A DNA stretch of 64,000 nt from the human T2T-CHM13v2.0 reference genome, Homo sapiens. Of this stretch, positions 30,632 to 45,698 are shown piece after piece. Position numbers and translations under genes: made by a program. Under the pieces are notes generated by a model. It made no database searches and was not told where the DNA came from. It saw only the letters and a list, made by a program, of their open reading frames with translations. Position 1 is the first letter of the stretch; the number at the start of each line of letters is the position of its first letter. The stretch lies in the NCBI RefSeq assembly GCF_009914755.1, contig NC_060942.1, one strand, 5' to 3'.

Positions 30632-33202
30632 TGACGTTTTGCACTGCAGGAAGAATAAGCTTCCAAGCCAGAGTTGCAATGTGGTGGCCTGAGAAAGTTC
30701 TCAGTCCAAAGATTCCTTGGCCTAGCAGATGAAGCCAGGAGGAAGAGAAAGCATTCCCAGCTGAAAGCAGGGTTGTGCCCGCTTTCCTACTCAGTGCAAT
30801 TGTTCCAGGTTTGCAGGTCCCAGGTTCCAAGACTTTGCGGTCTTCTTTTGTTCACTTGGAACCGATATCTTTTGGAGGTGGTGAGTGTTGCGGGGCTTTG
30901 TGGAGAGAGGCTGAGGAGTAGGGGTTTGGGTGTGGGTGCAGGAAAGAGCAAATATAAAATAAGGCAAGAATTAGAGCTGACCCTACAATTTAAGCTTGAA
31001 AAACATTTTGGAAAGTCACAAGTAAATCACTTGACTTAGATATGCATCATTAAAGAGTCATGACACAACTCATACAAGAAGGGACTGTGGTAAAATATGG
31101 TAGCCACAAAAAGGCCCCCCAAATATTACAATGTCTCTTCTACAATGTTGGAAATTTCTATTAGTCACAATGGGGGTCAGTCAACTGGGATATCATTGTC
31201 ATGGGAGGGCTACTACAAGGAACTTAGGGAAACATCTGGCTAAAGATGGCAAATTAAAGACACTCATTTAACCTCAGGTCCCTTCTAAAACGAGAGAATA
31301 ATTAGCAAAGTTTTCTTATTGTTGCTACTGTTGTTTTAAAGCATTAACCTAGGAAGATAAAGGGAATTGAAGAGTATGCAACAGTCATCCCTTTTTGAAT
31401 GCTGTAGATTGGTTATTATGAATGGTAGAACCAAAAAAGTTTGATGCTAGAAAGGAAGCTATTTGGAAAGTAGAAAATAAATTCAATTTACCCATGGAAT
31501 ATTTTTAAAACTGAAGAATCAGTATCAAGTACCTCAGGAATGAAGGGTTGAAAACAAGTTAAAAACAAAAAATTGGCATTCTTTTGGAGAAGCAGTTGGA
31601 CTGTCAGATCCCCTCGCACACTCCACACAGTCAGCTTAGCGACCCTCCCCTGCAGGAAGGCAGGTGATGGAGCTTGATTCTCCAGGGAGAGTTAAATAGA
31701 GGGTGACACTCCAGACTGCAGTGCAACAGACAGAGATGGGATCAGGGTTGCCATACTGAAAAAGGAGGAGTAAGTAAAAGTTTAAATTCTGAATTCTTAC
31801 ATAGGCCTTACTGGGCTCCAGAAATCTGGCAGCCATCATTCTCCAGGGACAAGATTGGAATAACCTTCTCAGAGATCCAAAAATAAGAACAATGGGGATT
31901 TCCCAAAGAAACAGCCCAGCTAGATCATTCTACATTCAACACTTTTCTCCCTTCTTCCTAGGTTCCCTTCCAAGCAGAACTGCCAATTTGCCTTTTTGGT
32001 GTCCCATTCTAAAATGAGTAGACTGCAGAAGCATTTAAGGAGCATGTATAAAATGGAAGTATGACATCAAAATATTTTTTTAGGTTGAAGATGTTTCTCC
32101 AAGGAGCTGCCAGAGGGGCTAGGAAACACAGCCTAGAAGGGTGGAAGAGTTAGTGTTCCACACAACAAATATGGACCAGTGAGGGGCAGGACACTAGAAT
32201 AAACCTGTAGATAAAGTCTTCTCTTCTTTTTATTCAAAAGACTCCTCCAGGGTTCTCTATTCCCATGCTGCTTCTCTAAGATGTCCTGTGTGTGTGAACA
32301 TTTGGCTGGTTTTTCAAGCAGTAGTCACCTAGGTAAGGAACCACTTGATATCAGTTTTCCTTCTTTGGCATCACTTCTGTTCTTCTTTCACTCTTGACAC
32401 TGTGGAATTGGAATCTAAAATAACCATTAGAATGACAGCTTTGTCTTGGGCTCTTTTGTTGGGTAACACAAAATAATATACTTGGGGACCTGAATGAACG
32501 CATGGAGCAGACCACTCATCCTCTGCCAACGGACTCCCATTAGACCATGGAGTGATTGAAAATGACATTTTATTTTATTAATGGATAGGTATTTTTTACT
32601 TTTTATTATGGAAACTTCCAAATGGAGACAAAAGAAGAGATAATAGTTTAATTAACCTCAAGGTACTCCTTAACTAACTTCAGTAATTATTACCCCATAA
32701 CCTCTCTTGTTTTACCTATACAACTGCTTTCTTTCTCCCTCAACTTTGATTATTTTGAAGCAAATCCTAGGAATCACTTCATTTTATCCACAAATATTTC
32801 AATACATCTCACTAAATGTAAGGACTCTTTAAAATTATAACACAAATTCTTTATTGTAACTAAAAAACAATCTATAGTATCAAAAAGCCATTGTTCAAAT
32901 TTGTCCACTTGATTTTTAATTATGTCTTTTTGTAGTTGGTTTATTCAAATCAGAATCCAAATAAGATCCACAAATTGCATTTTTGATATAGGTTTTATTT
33001 ATTTTGATCTAGATATTTCCCCCTTCTTTTTGTCCTCTCAATATAATTTTTTGAAGAAAATGAATAGTTTGTCCTAAATATTTTCCCACAAATTTCCATT
33101 GTTTTGTTGATTCCATCCTTGTGGTGTTATTTAACATATTCCTCTCTTCCCTTGCATTTCCTATAAACTAGCAGTGAGAAAAAGACTTAATTAGATTCAG
33201 AT

Positions 33203-33312
33203 CTCCTCCCTCCCTCCCTCCCTCCCTCCCTCCCTCCCTTCTTCCCTCCCTCCTTTCCTCCTTCCCTCCTTCCTTCCTTTCTTAAATTCCTTCCTCCCTT
33301 TCTTTCTTTCTT
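33203..33312. repeat. Polypyrimidine tract, (CCCT)n/(CCTT)n/(CTTT)n
   Basis: Direct read. Confidence 0.9.
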
Positions 33313-33989
33313 TTTTTGGTCAAAAATACTTCATCGGGGAGGGGGATTATACATGTCCAATTTGAGACATTAATATCTGGTTGGCTTTCCTTTTGTGATA
33401 TTAAGATTCAACATTGAAATCATGTGTGGTCAACCTGACATTATGAAATTTCTTTTTAGCCTTTTAACCTAATGGACTTAGCAATAATTGAAGGTATGAT
33501 GTAGACCCTTTACTTTATTACAAATTGCAAAATAGTGATGGTTTAATTTTGTCAGTTCTTCTTCATTTACTAGTTATATTTCTAGGAAGAAAAACTCTTC
33601 CTCCTCAAGGAAAAGTGTGATGAATATTTTAATAATTTATATCATTTACCAGTTTCCAGAATAATAATCTGGTCTATAGTATCAACTGAATTTGACTAAT
33701 GGAGTTTTATATTTTTTCCCCTGTAAGTATCATTTTTAAGTCATGGACTGTAATATATTTAAAATTTTAAAATTCACTACCATTATTATTGTCTTTCATG
33801 CTCAAAGTTCCTCAATTTTGGCCACTGGGAACTTTTTCAATTGGCTCCTAGGTCCTCTTGACAAGATTTTAGTTGCCTTCAATGGCCTCTTTGCTTTCTG
33901 GTATGACAGAATAATCCCAACTCATCTTCTATATTGCTTACCCCATACCTAGAATTTATAATTTTTTCAAGTATCCCTCATCCTCTATT

Positions 33990-34420
33990 TTAAATTTAAT
34001 TTTTTAAATTGTTTTAACTTTTAAGTTCAGGGACACAAGTGCAGGTGTGTTACACAGGCAAACTTGTGTCATGGGGGTTTGTCATACAGATTATTTCATC
34101 ACCCAGGTATGAAGCCTAGTACCTATTAGTTATTTTTTCTGACCCTGTACCTCTTCCCACCTTCCACCCTCTGAGAGGCTCCAACGTGTTGTTCCCTTCT
34201 ATGTGTCCATATGATCTCATCATTTAACTCCCACATATAAGTGAGAATATGAAGTATTTGGTTTTCTGTTTCTGTGTTAGTTTGCTAAGGATAATGGCCT
34301 CCAGCTCCATCAATGTCCCCGCAAAAGACATGATCTCATTCTTTTTTATGGCTGCATTGTATTCCATGGTATATATATATAAACCAAATTTTCTTTACCC
34401 AGTATATAATTGATAAGCAT
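33990..34420 (-). mobile_element. L1PA 3'-end fragment (older primate L1)
   Basis: AAGTTCAGGG...CAGATTATTTCATCACCCAGGTA...GGATAATGGCCTCCAGCTCCATC. Confidence 0.85.
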
Positions 34421-34453
34421 CCCTAGTCCTCTTTAGAGGCAAAAGTTTTGTAA

Positions 34454-34800
<347 letters not shown>

Positions 34801-34836
34801 AAGAAGACATTTTTTTAAAGACATAAAATGCTAAGC

Positions 34837-35183
<347 letters not shown>

Positions 35184-35832
35184 TCATCTTAAATGAAGGT
35201 TAAAAATGGCAAATTAGAATATTTGTGCAACCTATATAGCTAGCAAAGCTTAAATATCCAGTACATATAAAGAAGTCCCATAAGTCAATAAAAAGACAAA
35301 TAACAACAAAAAAAGCCTTTCAAATCTTCTCCAAAAATTTTAAGTAAAAATTTCACAGAATAGGAAATATACATCATCATGATATTATGAAATATTAAGA
35401 GCTGTTCAATCTCTTCAACATTCTGAAAATTGCAAATCAGGACATGCCACCTTATACATACTATAATGGCTTGTCAAAAATTAAGACATTTGACAAAATT
35501 AAGTGCTGGAGAGGTGTGTATTAGAAATGTCTTTGTATATTGTTGATGGGAATATATATTTTAAAAAGCATGTCAGAAAACAATAACTAGAAACAGCCTA
35601 AATATGTATTGACAGGAAAAAATGAATAAATTATGATACTTTAATTATTTCAATGGAGTAGTAAAGAGAAAGTGAAATATACCTACAAGAAACAACTGGC
35701 TGAATTTTGAAAATATAATGTAGAATTCTCTAGAGGACTTGTAACATTTTAGTAAATAATTTGGCATTCTTTTCTATATACACTAGAGAAACTCTTGCAT
35801 TTCCCATGCGCATGTTCAGAGTTTCTCTAGAA

Positions 35833-36014
35833 GAGTCCGTATCCTATAGCATATGGCCCACCACAAGTATTTTGTAGGTGAAATTGAGTTAGAACACAGC
35901 TATACCAACTTGTTCATGTCTGCTTGCCTATCACAAGGCAGGCATAAGTGGTGGCAACAAAGACTGAGATATTTACTATCTGACCCTTTTACCAAACAAG
36001 TTGGCTGGCACCCT
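35833..36014 (+). mobile_element. MER58A-like hAT element
   Basis: GAACACAGC...ATATTTACTATCTGACCCTTT core, with an 8-bp TSD CTCTAGAA at 35825 and 36015. Confidence 0.65.
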
Positions 36015-38682
36015 CTCTAGAATATTTATAAGGTAATGTCAATTTTTATAAAGTTTACACACAAACAATACTAAACAATATACTATCTGGGCATACTTTC
36101 ATGGATAAAGATATAAAAATAAAACTAGAGAATAATGAATATAAATTCAGAAGAGTGTTTACTTCAGGTAAGGATGGAAAAGCTGATTTCTTTCTTTGGG
36201 AGAAATCCATAGTAAATGGAAGTTAATAGAAATAGTACCTTCTATGCATTAAATAGTATATTAGAAACATAAAAAAATTAAAAAGACAAAAGGAAATAAT
36301 TCAAGAAAGTTCCCTGAGACTAAATGACACAAGCTTCCAGGCTAAAAGGTCTTACTAAGTGCCAGTAAAGTGGATAAATGTAAGCCCACCCCAAGGCATA
36401 TCACTGTGAAATTTCAGGACGTTGGAGACAGAGGGTTTGTAAGCTTTCAGAGACCAAAAGTAAGTCACAGATCAAAGATCAGAAATTAAGATGACATTGG
36501 ACTTCTAACAGCAAGACTAGAGGCTAGAGTATGATGGTAAAGGTCTTCAAATTTGGAGCAATAATATTTTTAAATCTAGGATTGTATACATCACCAAATT
36601 ACCAATTTGGTGAAAGAGAGAGATGAAGCATTTTCAGACATTTATGATCTCAGAAAGCTTTCTCCCCATGCCTTTTTTTTTTTTTTCTCAAGTAGCTCCT
36701 GGAGCATGTGCTGCTTAAAAATGAGTCAGGGAACCATGAAGGGGATGATAAAAAGATGTAGGGAAAAGAGAAGCCGACCCAAGAGACAGGTAAAGGGATC
36801 CACCTCAGGATTCTGCGTTTTCTTTAGCAGTCAGATCTTCAGGGGCCTAAAGAGCAACCCCCTTCAGTCTGGAGCCCGTCAGAGGCTCTGAGTGTGATTA
36901 TTTTAAGAAAATGAAATTGATTAGATATTTCAAGTGTTTGAATGCATTAAAATAATGCTTGTCCAGCTAGGAGAGGCTTTGTGGTCAAGTTGGTGATAAG
37001 TATATATAACAGTAAACAAATTTTTTAAAAATCTGAGATAATGCTAGGAAAACAAAATGTGCAGAAAGTAAAATTATAGAATATGGCCCAGCAGTGAATT
37101 CCATGCACATAATCATGATAATGTAAACTGAAAATATTGATCGAAGTTTGGCATTACTACAGGTATATTTGAAATATGACAGGATGGGAAACGTTCACAT
37201 GTGTATGAGAAATAGTCAATGCCTAGAGCTCTTTAAGAAGTAGCAATATAATCATGTTCTTTAGAGATATAGAGTTAAATACCAAAAAAGAAAAAAAAAT
37301 TAGCTGAAGTAGTTTTAAAATTTGTCTTTTTAAAGGAGTGAGAAATGAGAAGTAAAATAATATGCATGTCTGATTTTAATTAAAATTTAAAGACAAATTG
37401 CAACAATAACAGTGTAGAACAAAACTCATGTATTAAATATGATCATCTTCCTCCCGTCTAACCAACCAACCAACCAACCAAATATAGTAATACTTGGAGT
37501 TGACCCTTTCCTTAATAGAAATTAATTAAACAAGTCTGCTTGAACCCAAGAAGATGAGATATCATCTTTTGTAATCTTTTGAGCACATTACGCAATTCTT
37601 GAATGCATGTGAAGTTCGTTGCTCCAGAAACAAAATGCTGTTTGTCAGTTGAGAGAAAAAAAAAAAAAAAGAGCAGCATCTGCTGATATTTGTAAGCTGG
37701 ACTGACACAGTTAGACCATGGTACTTACCTAGAAGACATAAACCACATAAACAAAATACCATCCTCAGCAAATTGCAAACCTCAGACAAGGTTACTCTGG
37801 GACCATGATAAAATGAGATCATTTAATAATTTTGTCTACGTGCAAAACATCACTGCACCACCCATAAAATATTACCAAATATCCACTGTCTCACTCAAAA
37901 TGATTGACTACTACTTCTTTAACATTTATAATCTTATCCTCTTTCTAGTTCCTCCTTCCTGTATATGAGATTTACTGAGATACCAATCAAAGACTTAACT
38001 CCACTTTCTGGCAGCACCCAATCTCAGGCAAAACCCAGGCACAAGTAGGGGTGGGATGTCAGATAATGTCTGATCAGAGGCAGCGTGACTAAGAGAAGAT
38101 TCAATTTGGCAAATGTCTTGAGGACTTACCATTTTCTAATGACAACGCTAGGCCCTGGGGAAATCAAGATCAAAATCAAAATCAGGAAGAGCGATTATCT
38201 CTGTCTTTGAGGTTCTAACAGCTCCTTAAGCAATCACAGAAATGGAATCACACATAGTAAAATTGGAATGAGCAAGCAAGGTATTATCAGTGGAAAGAGC
38301 ATTGGCCTAAAACATCTGGGTCGAATATACTCTGTCACAATTCATTAATAATGAGGCAACTCCCTTGACCACTCTACATGTCTGCTTCTTCAGCTGTACA
38401 ACATTTATCTCATTCAAACAATTGTTGAAATGATTAAATAAGATAATGTACATTGAAAGACATTATAATGGGGGCATTACAATGTAAAGAAGGGGAAGTC
38501 TGAAGAAGTTAAGCGACCTACCTAAGATTACATGGCTATTATCAGATTTCAGTTTAACACTCACGTGTAGGTAATTATCAATAATACCTCTATAATAATA
38601 ATAATATCAAGGGCTTATTCTGATTACACATTCTGCCTAACATTTCACCTGCATTATTTCATTTATAATAACAATGCTTTAG

Positions 38683-38758
38683 TTTTATATATATATATAA
38701 AATATATATGGTGTATGACTTTTTATATATATATATAAAATATATATGGTGTATGACT
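38683..38758. repeat. Perfect 38-bp tandem duplication
   Basis: TTTTATATATATATATAAAATATATATGGTGTATGACT, two copies. Confidence 0.95.
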
Positions 38759-41700
38759 TTTTTCAAATCTCTCCTACTTCATTATTTTAATCAGAGGTAC
38801 TGGAACTCATAAGCATGATTATATTTTAAACAACTATATAAGAAATTTTGGGCTTGCAGGATTTGTGCTTATCTTTCCACATTGAGAAGAAGAAACAGGA
38901 TCTTACTTCAACATTATGATGCCATATCAAAAATCACGCAATGTGATTTCAGTATGAGTCAGAGATAAGGCCCAAGGGGTCATGACTCTTCATTAGGAAA
39001 TGTGATGACCAAAGGTTCTTTATGGATGCTGAAGTCTTCCAAAAAATGTTTCAAATGGGTTTTATGTGCTCAAGTCCAGGAAAACAGGAATTTGTCATGG
39101 AGTTAAGAGTGTTCAAACATTTATAACTCTAGGAGATGATCACAAAGATATGCATACTTGAGCGCTGGGGAAAGTCTATCACCTTTCTTGAGTAAATGGG
39201 ATGCATTTATTACCTATCTCTCCACGTGTTTGGGTTTCTTAGCAGAGCTTGGTGAGGCATGAGACTAATATAATATGTAGTCAGTTCTGAGTCAAAGAGA
39301 CATTGGACACTAAGAAGGCAGTGCTATAGAAAGGTTAAATTATCATACTCTTCTGAGCTTTGCCCATAGAATAGTGAGCAATGTTTTCATACTAAAAGAA
39401 ACAAGCATACGGGTTTGGATATTGAAATTATCCAGAAATGTGATTGAAATAGTGTTGGAAGGGGAATAAGAGTAAAACATCACTGAGAAATAACATGCTT
39501 TTGGAGGTACTAATTCCTTTGACTCGGGCTTCATCTTAGCAAAAGCTTTGAAGGGTTAGATTCAGTATCTAGAAGCAAATGTCAGGAAAAAAAAAATAGG
39601 CCATCACAAGTCCTGACCTGAAGGAAATCCAGTATATTCCTTATCCTTATTTGATTTCATTAGCCTAGTTACTTACATGTCAAATAAATCATTTAAATTA
39701 TCTCTCACTCTGAAGCCAATGTTCTTGCAAATCATATGCAATCTATGAGCTAGAGCACAGTGTTTAGCAGCACTTTCCAAAGTTGGGAATTTTTTTGTCA
39801 TTAAAAGGTTTATTTTCTTCTGTTTATAGCCAAGTATCTAATATAAAACTTAGAACATTAGGATAAGTGGAGTAGCCTTCCCCCCTTGTGACTTCTCCTT
39901 TTGTTGCTTTTAACCCTTACCATCTTCTCTTTCTCTTTGTCTTCTTCCTTAGTACTTAATACGTACTCACAGTTTAGAACTTTTGTAATCCTATCTCTGG
40001 TGAGGCCTTACCCTAATCCAGGAGTGGGGACAGAGTTCTCTTGCTGCTGGCCTGATGCACTCTGTGCCTATTGCAATCAGTCAAGTTCAAAGTTTCTGTT
40101 TCGTTGCCTATGGATCCACCCCAGCACCTGCCCCTAAAGTCCCCTAAGCTCCTAGTCCCAGGATCCTAACATTTACCCAAAATCCAGTTCATGAGACTCA
40201 GCCTTAACTGCTCCCTGTCCTGGAAGATGGTTTTCTATCCTCATAGCAAAGCGGGGAAAGCAGGAAGGCCATACTTTGAGGCTGTCTCAGTAGTGCTGGG
40301 GAAGATCAAAATTGAAGTACAAAAGTTTGTTTTCAGTTGAGTTCAAAAAATATTAAGTCGGGCATCCCCAAGTGAACACATAGTCTACTAAGTGCTGTGT
40401 ATATAAAAAATAAAATGTACATTTTCTGCTCTCAAGAGAATTGAGGAAACAAACAGTAAAAGCATGAATTGGACACAATGTTCTAAGTATATTAATAAAG
40501 GTAAAGAAATAGTAATCCTTAATGCTAACAATTTGTATGTACCTATGTGCCAGATATTATGATAAAAACTTCATCTAGAGTGGTTATCGTGATTAGAGAG
40601 GTGCCAGATAACTGATGGCCTTGGACACATATGAACCTAGCTAAGATATATCCTGTATTTAATGGAGACTCATTGAAAGATTTTAAGAAGAGTCATTGCT
40701 GGATCAGATTAAATTTATGGATTAAGGGACAAGACACCAGAAACACAGAACCCAGGGCTAAGATGATGAAGACCGGAGCCAGGGCGATAATTTTAGAAAA
40801 AAAGAGGAGCACATTGACTCAAAAAATATTTTGAAGCTAAAATGATTGTTAAATTGTAGATGTGGAAATTGATAAGGACAAAAGATGCAAGGATGTTGCT
40901 TCGATATTAGCTTGAATAAATAACAGGCAAATGGGAAGTGAATGAGGACAAACAGGTCTGGGAAAATGATGGAAACATGATGTGTCCAGCTTCGGACCAT
41001 GGACATGGGTGCAGCCATAATGAGGGGAGGGGTCATGGCTGGAGATAGAGTTGCGGGAGTCTTTGTTATCTCTTTCTTTTTTCCCCACCCACCACTCACA
41101 TCCGATTCACATTCTCATCTTCCTGCCCATACACTCAGTGTATTATGACTAATCAACAGGGGAAGAACTGAGCAATAATTTTTTCTGCCTCCTCCTCATT
41201 TTTCTACAAGTCTAAATAAGGGTGTCATGATTAGAAAGCAACGCAAATTATCTGGTCCAACCCTAAGATAAAATGCATGACTACCACAAAGTTCCTTTAG
41301 TTTCTCCTTGCCATTTCCTTCCTAGAAATCAAGGGATTCCCCACATTATTTTATATAGGATCAAATGAAATCTGCCTGCAGGGCATGCATATATGTATTT
41401 TAGTAGAAAGTGTCAATCTGTTTCTGCTCTTTTAGCCACCCTTAATAAAAAAAAGATACAAAAAGTCATAAGAAGATAAAACAAAAATAATTGACATCTG
41501 AATTTAGAATGTATCTTATTTAGTTATTTAGTTATTTGTTTGTCATCTGAGTACATACGTGCTATGGCAATTAACACTGAATAGGCTACTTCCCCTAGGC
41601 CTAGAACACTGGCTGAGATGCACTAGGAACATGCTAGATAAGAGAGAGACTAAATTAAGACTTGTTAAGTAATATGAATAATTCATTTAATCATAATTAA

Positions 41701-41835
41701 TCCACAAGGATAATGGAGAGGTGAGTGATGCATGGAATCAAGGTTATATGAGTCTAATATTATATATTAGGCCCTCCAAGGAAACACACCATTGTAAGCC
41801 CGGAGTTTTACCAGTGTGTACAAGGAGTGAATTCA

Positions 41836-41842
41836 TGACTCA
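41836..41842 (+). promoter_or_regulatory. AP-1 site TGACTCA about 4.95 kb upstream of the SERPINB2 TSS
   Basis: Perfect AP-1 heptamer. The position agrees with my recollection of a described distal PAI-2 transactivator element. Confidence 0.6.
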
Positions 41843-43722
41843 CAGTGTTCTGAGGCTGCTCTGGACATGCAATCTTGCATGCTTTTGTCATGACAGGTCT
41901 TAAGAAGTTTATCAGCTTTCTCAAATAGCTGAATGACAGAACACTGGATTTTTGTTCAGATAGCCTATCAACTTGGCATCTGTGTTGCGGTTGTCACTTG
42001 GTAACAAGATAAGTACTTCGACAGAGGTGTTACACTCCCTAACAAAGCTGACTTCATGTGCAGACTTTCTCACACTCATAGCTGGCCCAGGGCCACTTCT
42101 TAAAATAGGTGAGGTTTGTTTTCTTTGCCCTGTCTCTCGGGACCTTGCCTCCCGGTGGCCTAAGCCTATGCTTATTCAAAGCCTTCTCATTCTCCTATCC
42201 TCGTCACACACCCCGAAACTCCTTCCTGGACCACCCCTTTCTCTGTAAAACCCGCTTCACAGGAATTTAGATACATGTAATATTTCTCCCAAAGCCGTTA
42301 ACAAACAAAGTGTTGTTGCTAATTTATTCTCTGATAAAGAGATTTCAAAAAGTGTATATTGGAGAATGTTTTAGCCAAGATGTCCCAAATTCACACCATG
42401 GAGGTGACTGCCTTCACCTCCATTTGGTTCTGCTCACAGCAACAACTACTTAAATTTCTGGAATAAATCATGCTATCTAACTACTAAGGCTAATTAATAC
42501 TAATGATCTTTGCTATAAATTAACATAGTTTCAATATGTCTAACTGGAAGTCATTAAAAATAAGGTTATTATATAGAATTTTATATTAAAATAGGACTTT
42601 CTTTTGACCTACATTCATATCATGTTTGAGATAATTTCAGTGGTGATATTACTGCTGATACAGAAATGATGCATTTTCCTAATTTGTACATTCCCCATAT
42701 ATCCACAAATCATGTAAAATAGGTAATTTTGGAAGTATCACTGTTTGCTCTTCAAAGTGAAGAGGATAGAAATGCATTACAATGTGCCAAACATGAGTAA
42801 GTCATTCAGCAAACACTAAGTGAACACCTAATATGAGCCAAATGCCTGTCCTAGCCACTGGGGAAAACCATTATAGTCTTGGAGTTCATGGTTGTTACCA
42901 TCCAGCAGGGAAGATAGGCACTGAAGAGTAAACTACACAGGTTATGCAATCACAGTTGGTTAGATGTTTCAAAGAAAAAGCACAGTGTATGCAAGTCTCA
43001 GATTAGATATTAGAACTTTATTACTTATAAAGTTATTGTCTTCTTTTGGAAATTATTTCTCCTTTATATATGATTCATTGTAGTGATAGTCAGGAGAGAA
43101 AAAACACCTCAATACAGAAACTTTGGTAAATTATTTCTGATTTTAAAAGTAATGCATGCCTATTATGGAAAATGTGGGACTTTTTTAAGGTACAAAGAAA
43201 GACAATGGTAAATCTATAAAGTTACCACTTAGACATAAATCCTGTTTATGTTTTGAAGAAATATTATGTTAAGTAATATTTCTTCTGCATGTATTGTATT
43301 TATATAATTAATATCATACTGTCCATATAATTTTATTTCCTTTCATTTCCCCCTTATGATTATCTTGTATACATTTTCCTAGAAAATAAGACACTTTCTG
43401 TTTCATTAATCTCATATTCCGTAGGAGTGACCTGCTCTGCAATTGTTGCCTGTACTATTTCAGGTTATTTGAGAAAGCTTAATCTGATGTATTTTCTATT
43501 GGTAAGGAACACTCTTTAGTGACTGTGCTTTTTTTCTAGTTGACCTACTGGCTGGGTGACTGCTATAGTCTCCTAATACATTTCTCACCCTTTAGATTCT
43601 TTCTCTTCTGAATTTTCAGATTTTTCTTCATAAAACACCACTTTTTACAAGTCACTTCCCTTCTCCAGAGTTTACAGTAGACTGCCTTTAGCTTAGATCC
43701 CAACTCAGCCTGAGATCAAAGG

Positions 43723-43799
43723 CTCCTCTATAAGATCTGTTCCTTTTCTCCTTTCCTCCTCTATAAGATCTGTTCCTTTTCTCCTTTCCTCCTCTATAA
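43723..43799. repeat. 33-bp tandem duplication (2 copies plus 11 bp)
   Basis: CTCCTCTATAAGATCTGTTCCTTTTCTCCTTTC twice, then CTCCTCTATAA. Confidence 0.95.
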
Positions 43800-44227
43800 C
43801 ACCAACTCGGATCCAGACAGACCTCAGGAAGCTATTCGATGATCTTTGCTTCCCACTTCTATAATATTAGTGCCTTCCTCTCTCTATTGTCTATTTTTCA
43901 TTTATCTCAGCTCTTTGCTCAAGACCCTAACACACATTATCAATCGTTTCCCTTCTTTCTATGATACTTACTATTAGCACCACTCAATTTGGGTTTAAGT
44001 TACATATTATCTTTTACAAGTCTCTCTAGTTGTTTGAGGTGTGAAAGTCTAGTCTTCTTATACTAGAGCTCATAAATTGCTCTAATCTAGGCAGAAAGGC
44101 AGCTCCCAAACCGGACACTAAGAGTCACCCTATTATATATCAGCTAATATTATGCGGCACTCACTACCAACGAGAATCTGCTAAGGACTTGGCAGGCATC
44201 ATCTCGTTGATTATTCACAGCAGCCTG

Positions 44228-44797
44228 TATTATTTAGAATGCTTTTGGCTGCAAATGACAGAGAACCCATAGCGTCGAATGCTGCTTAAACAATACAGAC
44301 TTGTTTATTATAATATCTCAGCAACAGCAAGAACAAAAACTAGAGGTAGGTGGTTTCTAGCACTGGCCAAAGTCAGAGCTCTTGTTTGGGATCGCTGCAA
44401 ATTTCTCAGTCTTCCTATATGGTTGAAATATGACTGTGACTGTGGCATCTTCTGGCATCACATCCTCGCACAACCATGCTCAAAGTTGGGTAGGAAGGGA
44501 TGGTATAGATATGGAGGTTCTTTCTTCATGCTTTCTTCTGTTAAGGAAAGAAAACCTTTTGCCAAACATTCCCCAGTGGATTTCTCCCAAAACGCTTTGT
44601 CCAGAATTGGGTTTATATGTCCACCCATTTCCAACCCACCCCCACCCTGCCCAACACACACACACCCCCTACAAGACTGGCAGCTAGGCTTTCCTTTCCT
44701 GAGATCAAGGGCTCTCTGAATAATACCCGAAGAAAATTAGGAAGAAGGGTAGCAGAAAGGCATTGATTGGGGTAGGCAATCAACAGTACCAGCTGTA
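44228..44797 (-). mobile_element. MLT1-type (ERVL-MaLR) solo LTR
   Basis: TTTTGGCTGCAAATGACAGAGAACCCA...GCTTAAACAA... and terminal GGGGTAGGCAATCAACAGT, typical of antisense MLT1. Confidence 0.6.
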
Positions 44798-44942
44798 TAG
44801 AATTATTAGAAAATTAGAAGTTAGAGTAGTTGAGAAATACGTGCAAGATTATACAACTAGTAAATGGCAAAAAGAAGATTCTGAGTCTGAGACTTTTCTG
44901 AGTCTCTCAGTATTCATATCCTTGTTCACCACAGTATAGGGC

Positions 44943-44954
44943 CTCTCTAGAGAG
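44943..44954. promoter_or_regulatory. PAUSE-1 silencer core palindrome CTCTCTAGAGAG
   Basis: Perfect 12-bp palindrome about 1.84 kb upstream of the TSS, matching the known PAI-2 upstream silencer element. Confidence 0.8.
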
Positions 44955-45390
44955 TTTTAGCATGTTACTCCACCCATTAAAAATATTTGGTAAGAATTTG
45001 CTTGATGCTCACCACTGTTCTTGCTGCTCAAGGGAAACCAAGTATATATTTGTGGATAGATCCTAACTCAGATGATACTGTCAGAATATATAAGATTCCT
45101 ATACCACATCCTGAACTCTGAAAGTTGCAGTTCTACGTAGAAGTTCACTGAGGGTTGTAAGAGTCAGAATGGACTCCATGGAAGTTATGGGGTGTGAATC
45201 AAACCTCACAGGTGAGTCAGTGGGGAGAAAGAAGCATGACATTCCTCTTGAGAATAACTGGAATGAAAATAATACGGTGAGAAAGAGTAGCACCTGAAAA
45301 GTGAGTGAAGGAAAGGGTGGTGGAAGTTCTAGGTACATTGATATCTGTCCCAACTTGTTGAGCTGTCAATGTGTGGTTAAAAAACAGTTA

Positions 45391-45698
<308 letters not shown>

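Noticed and set aside
42050-42340. LTR-like pyrimidine-rich segment (similar impression at 32080-32400 and 37760-38060)
   Set aside because: Could not assign termini, a TSD or a family with confidence without a Dfam search.
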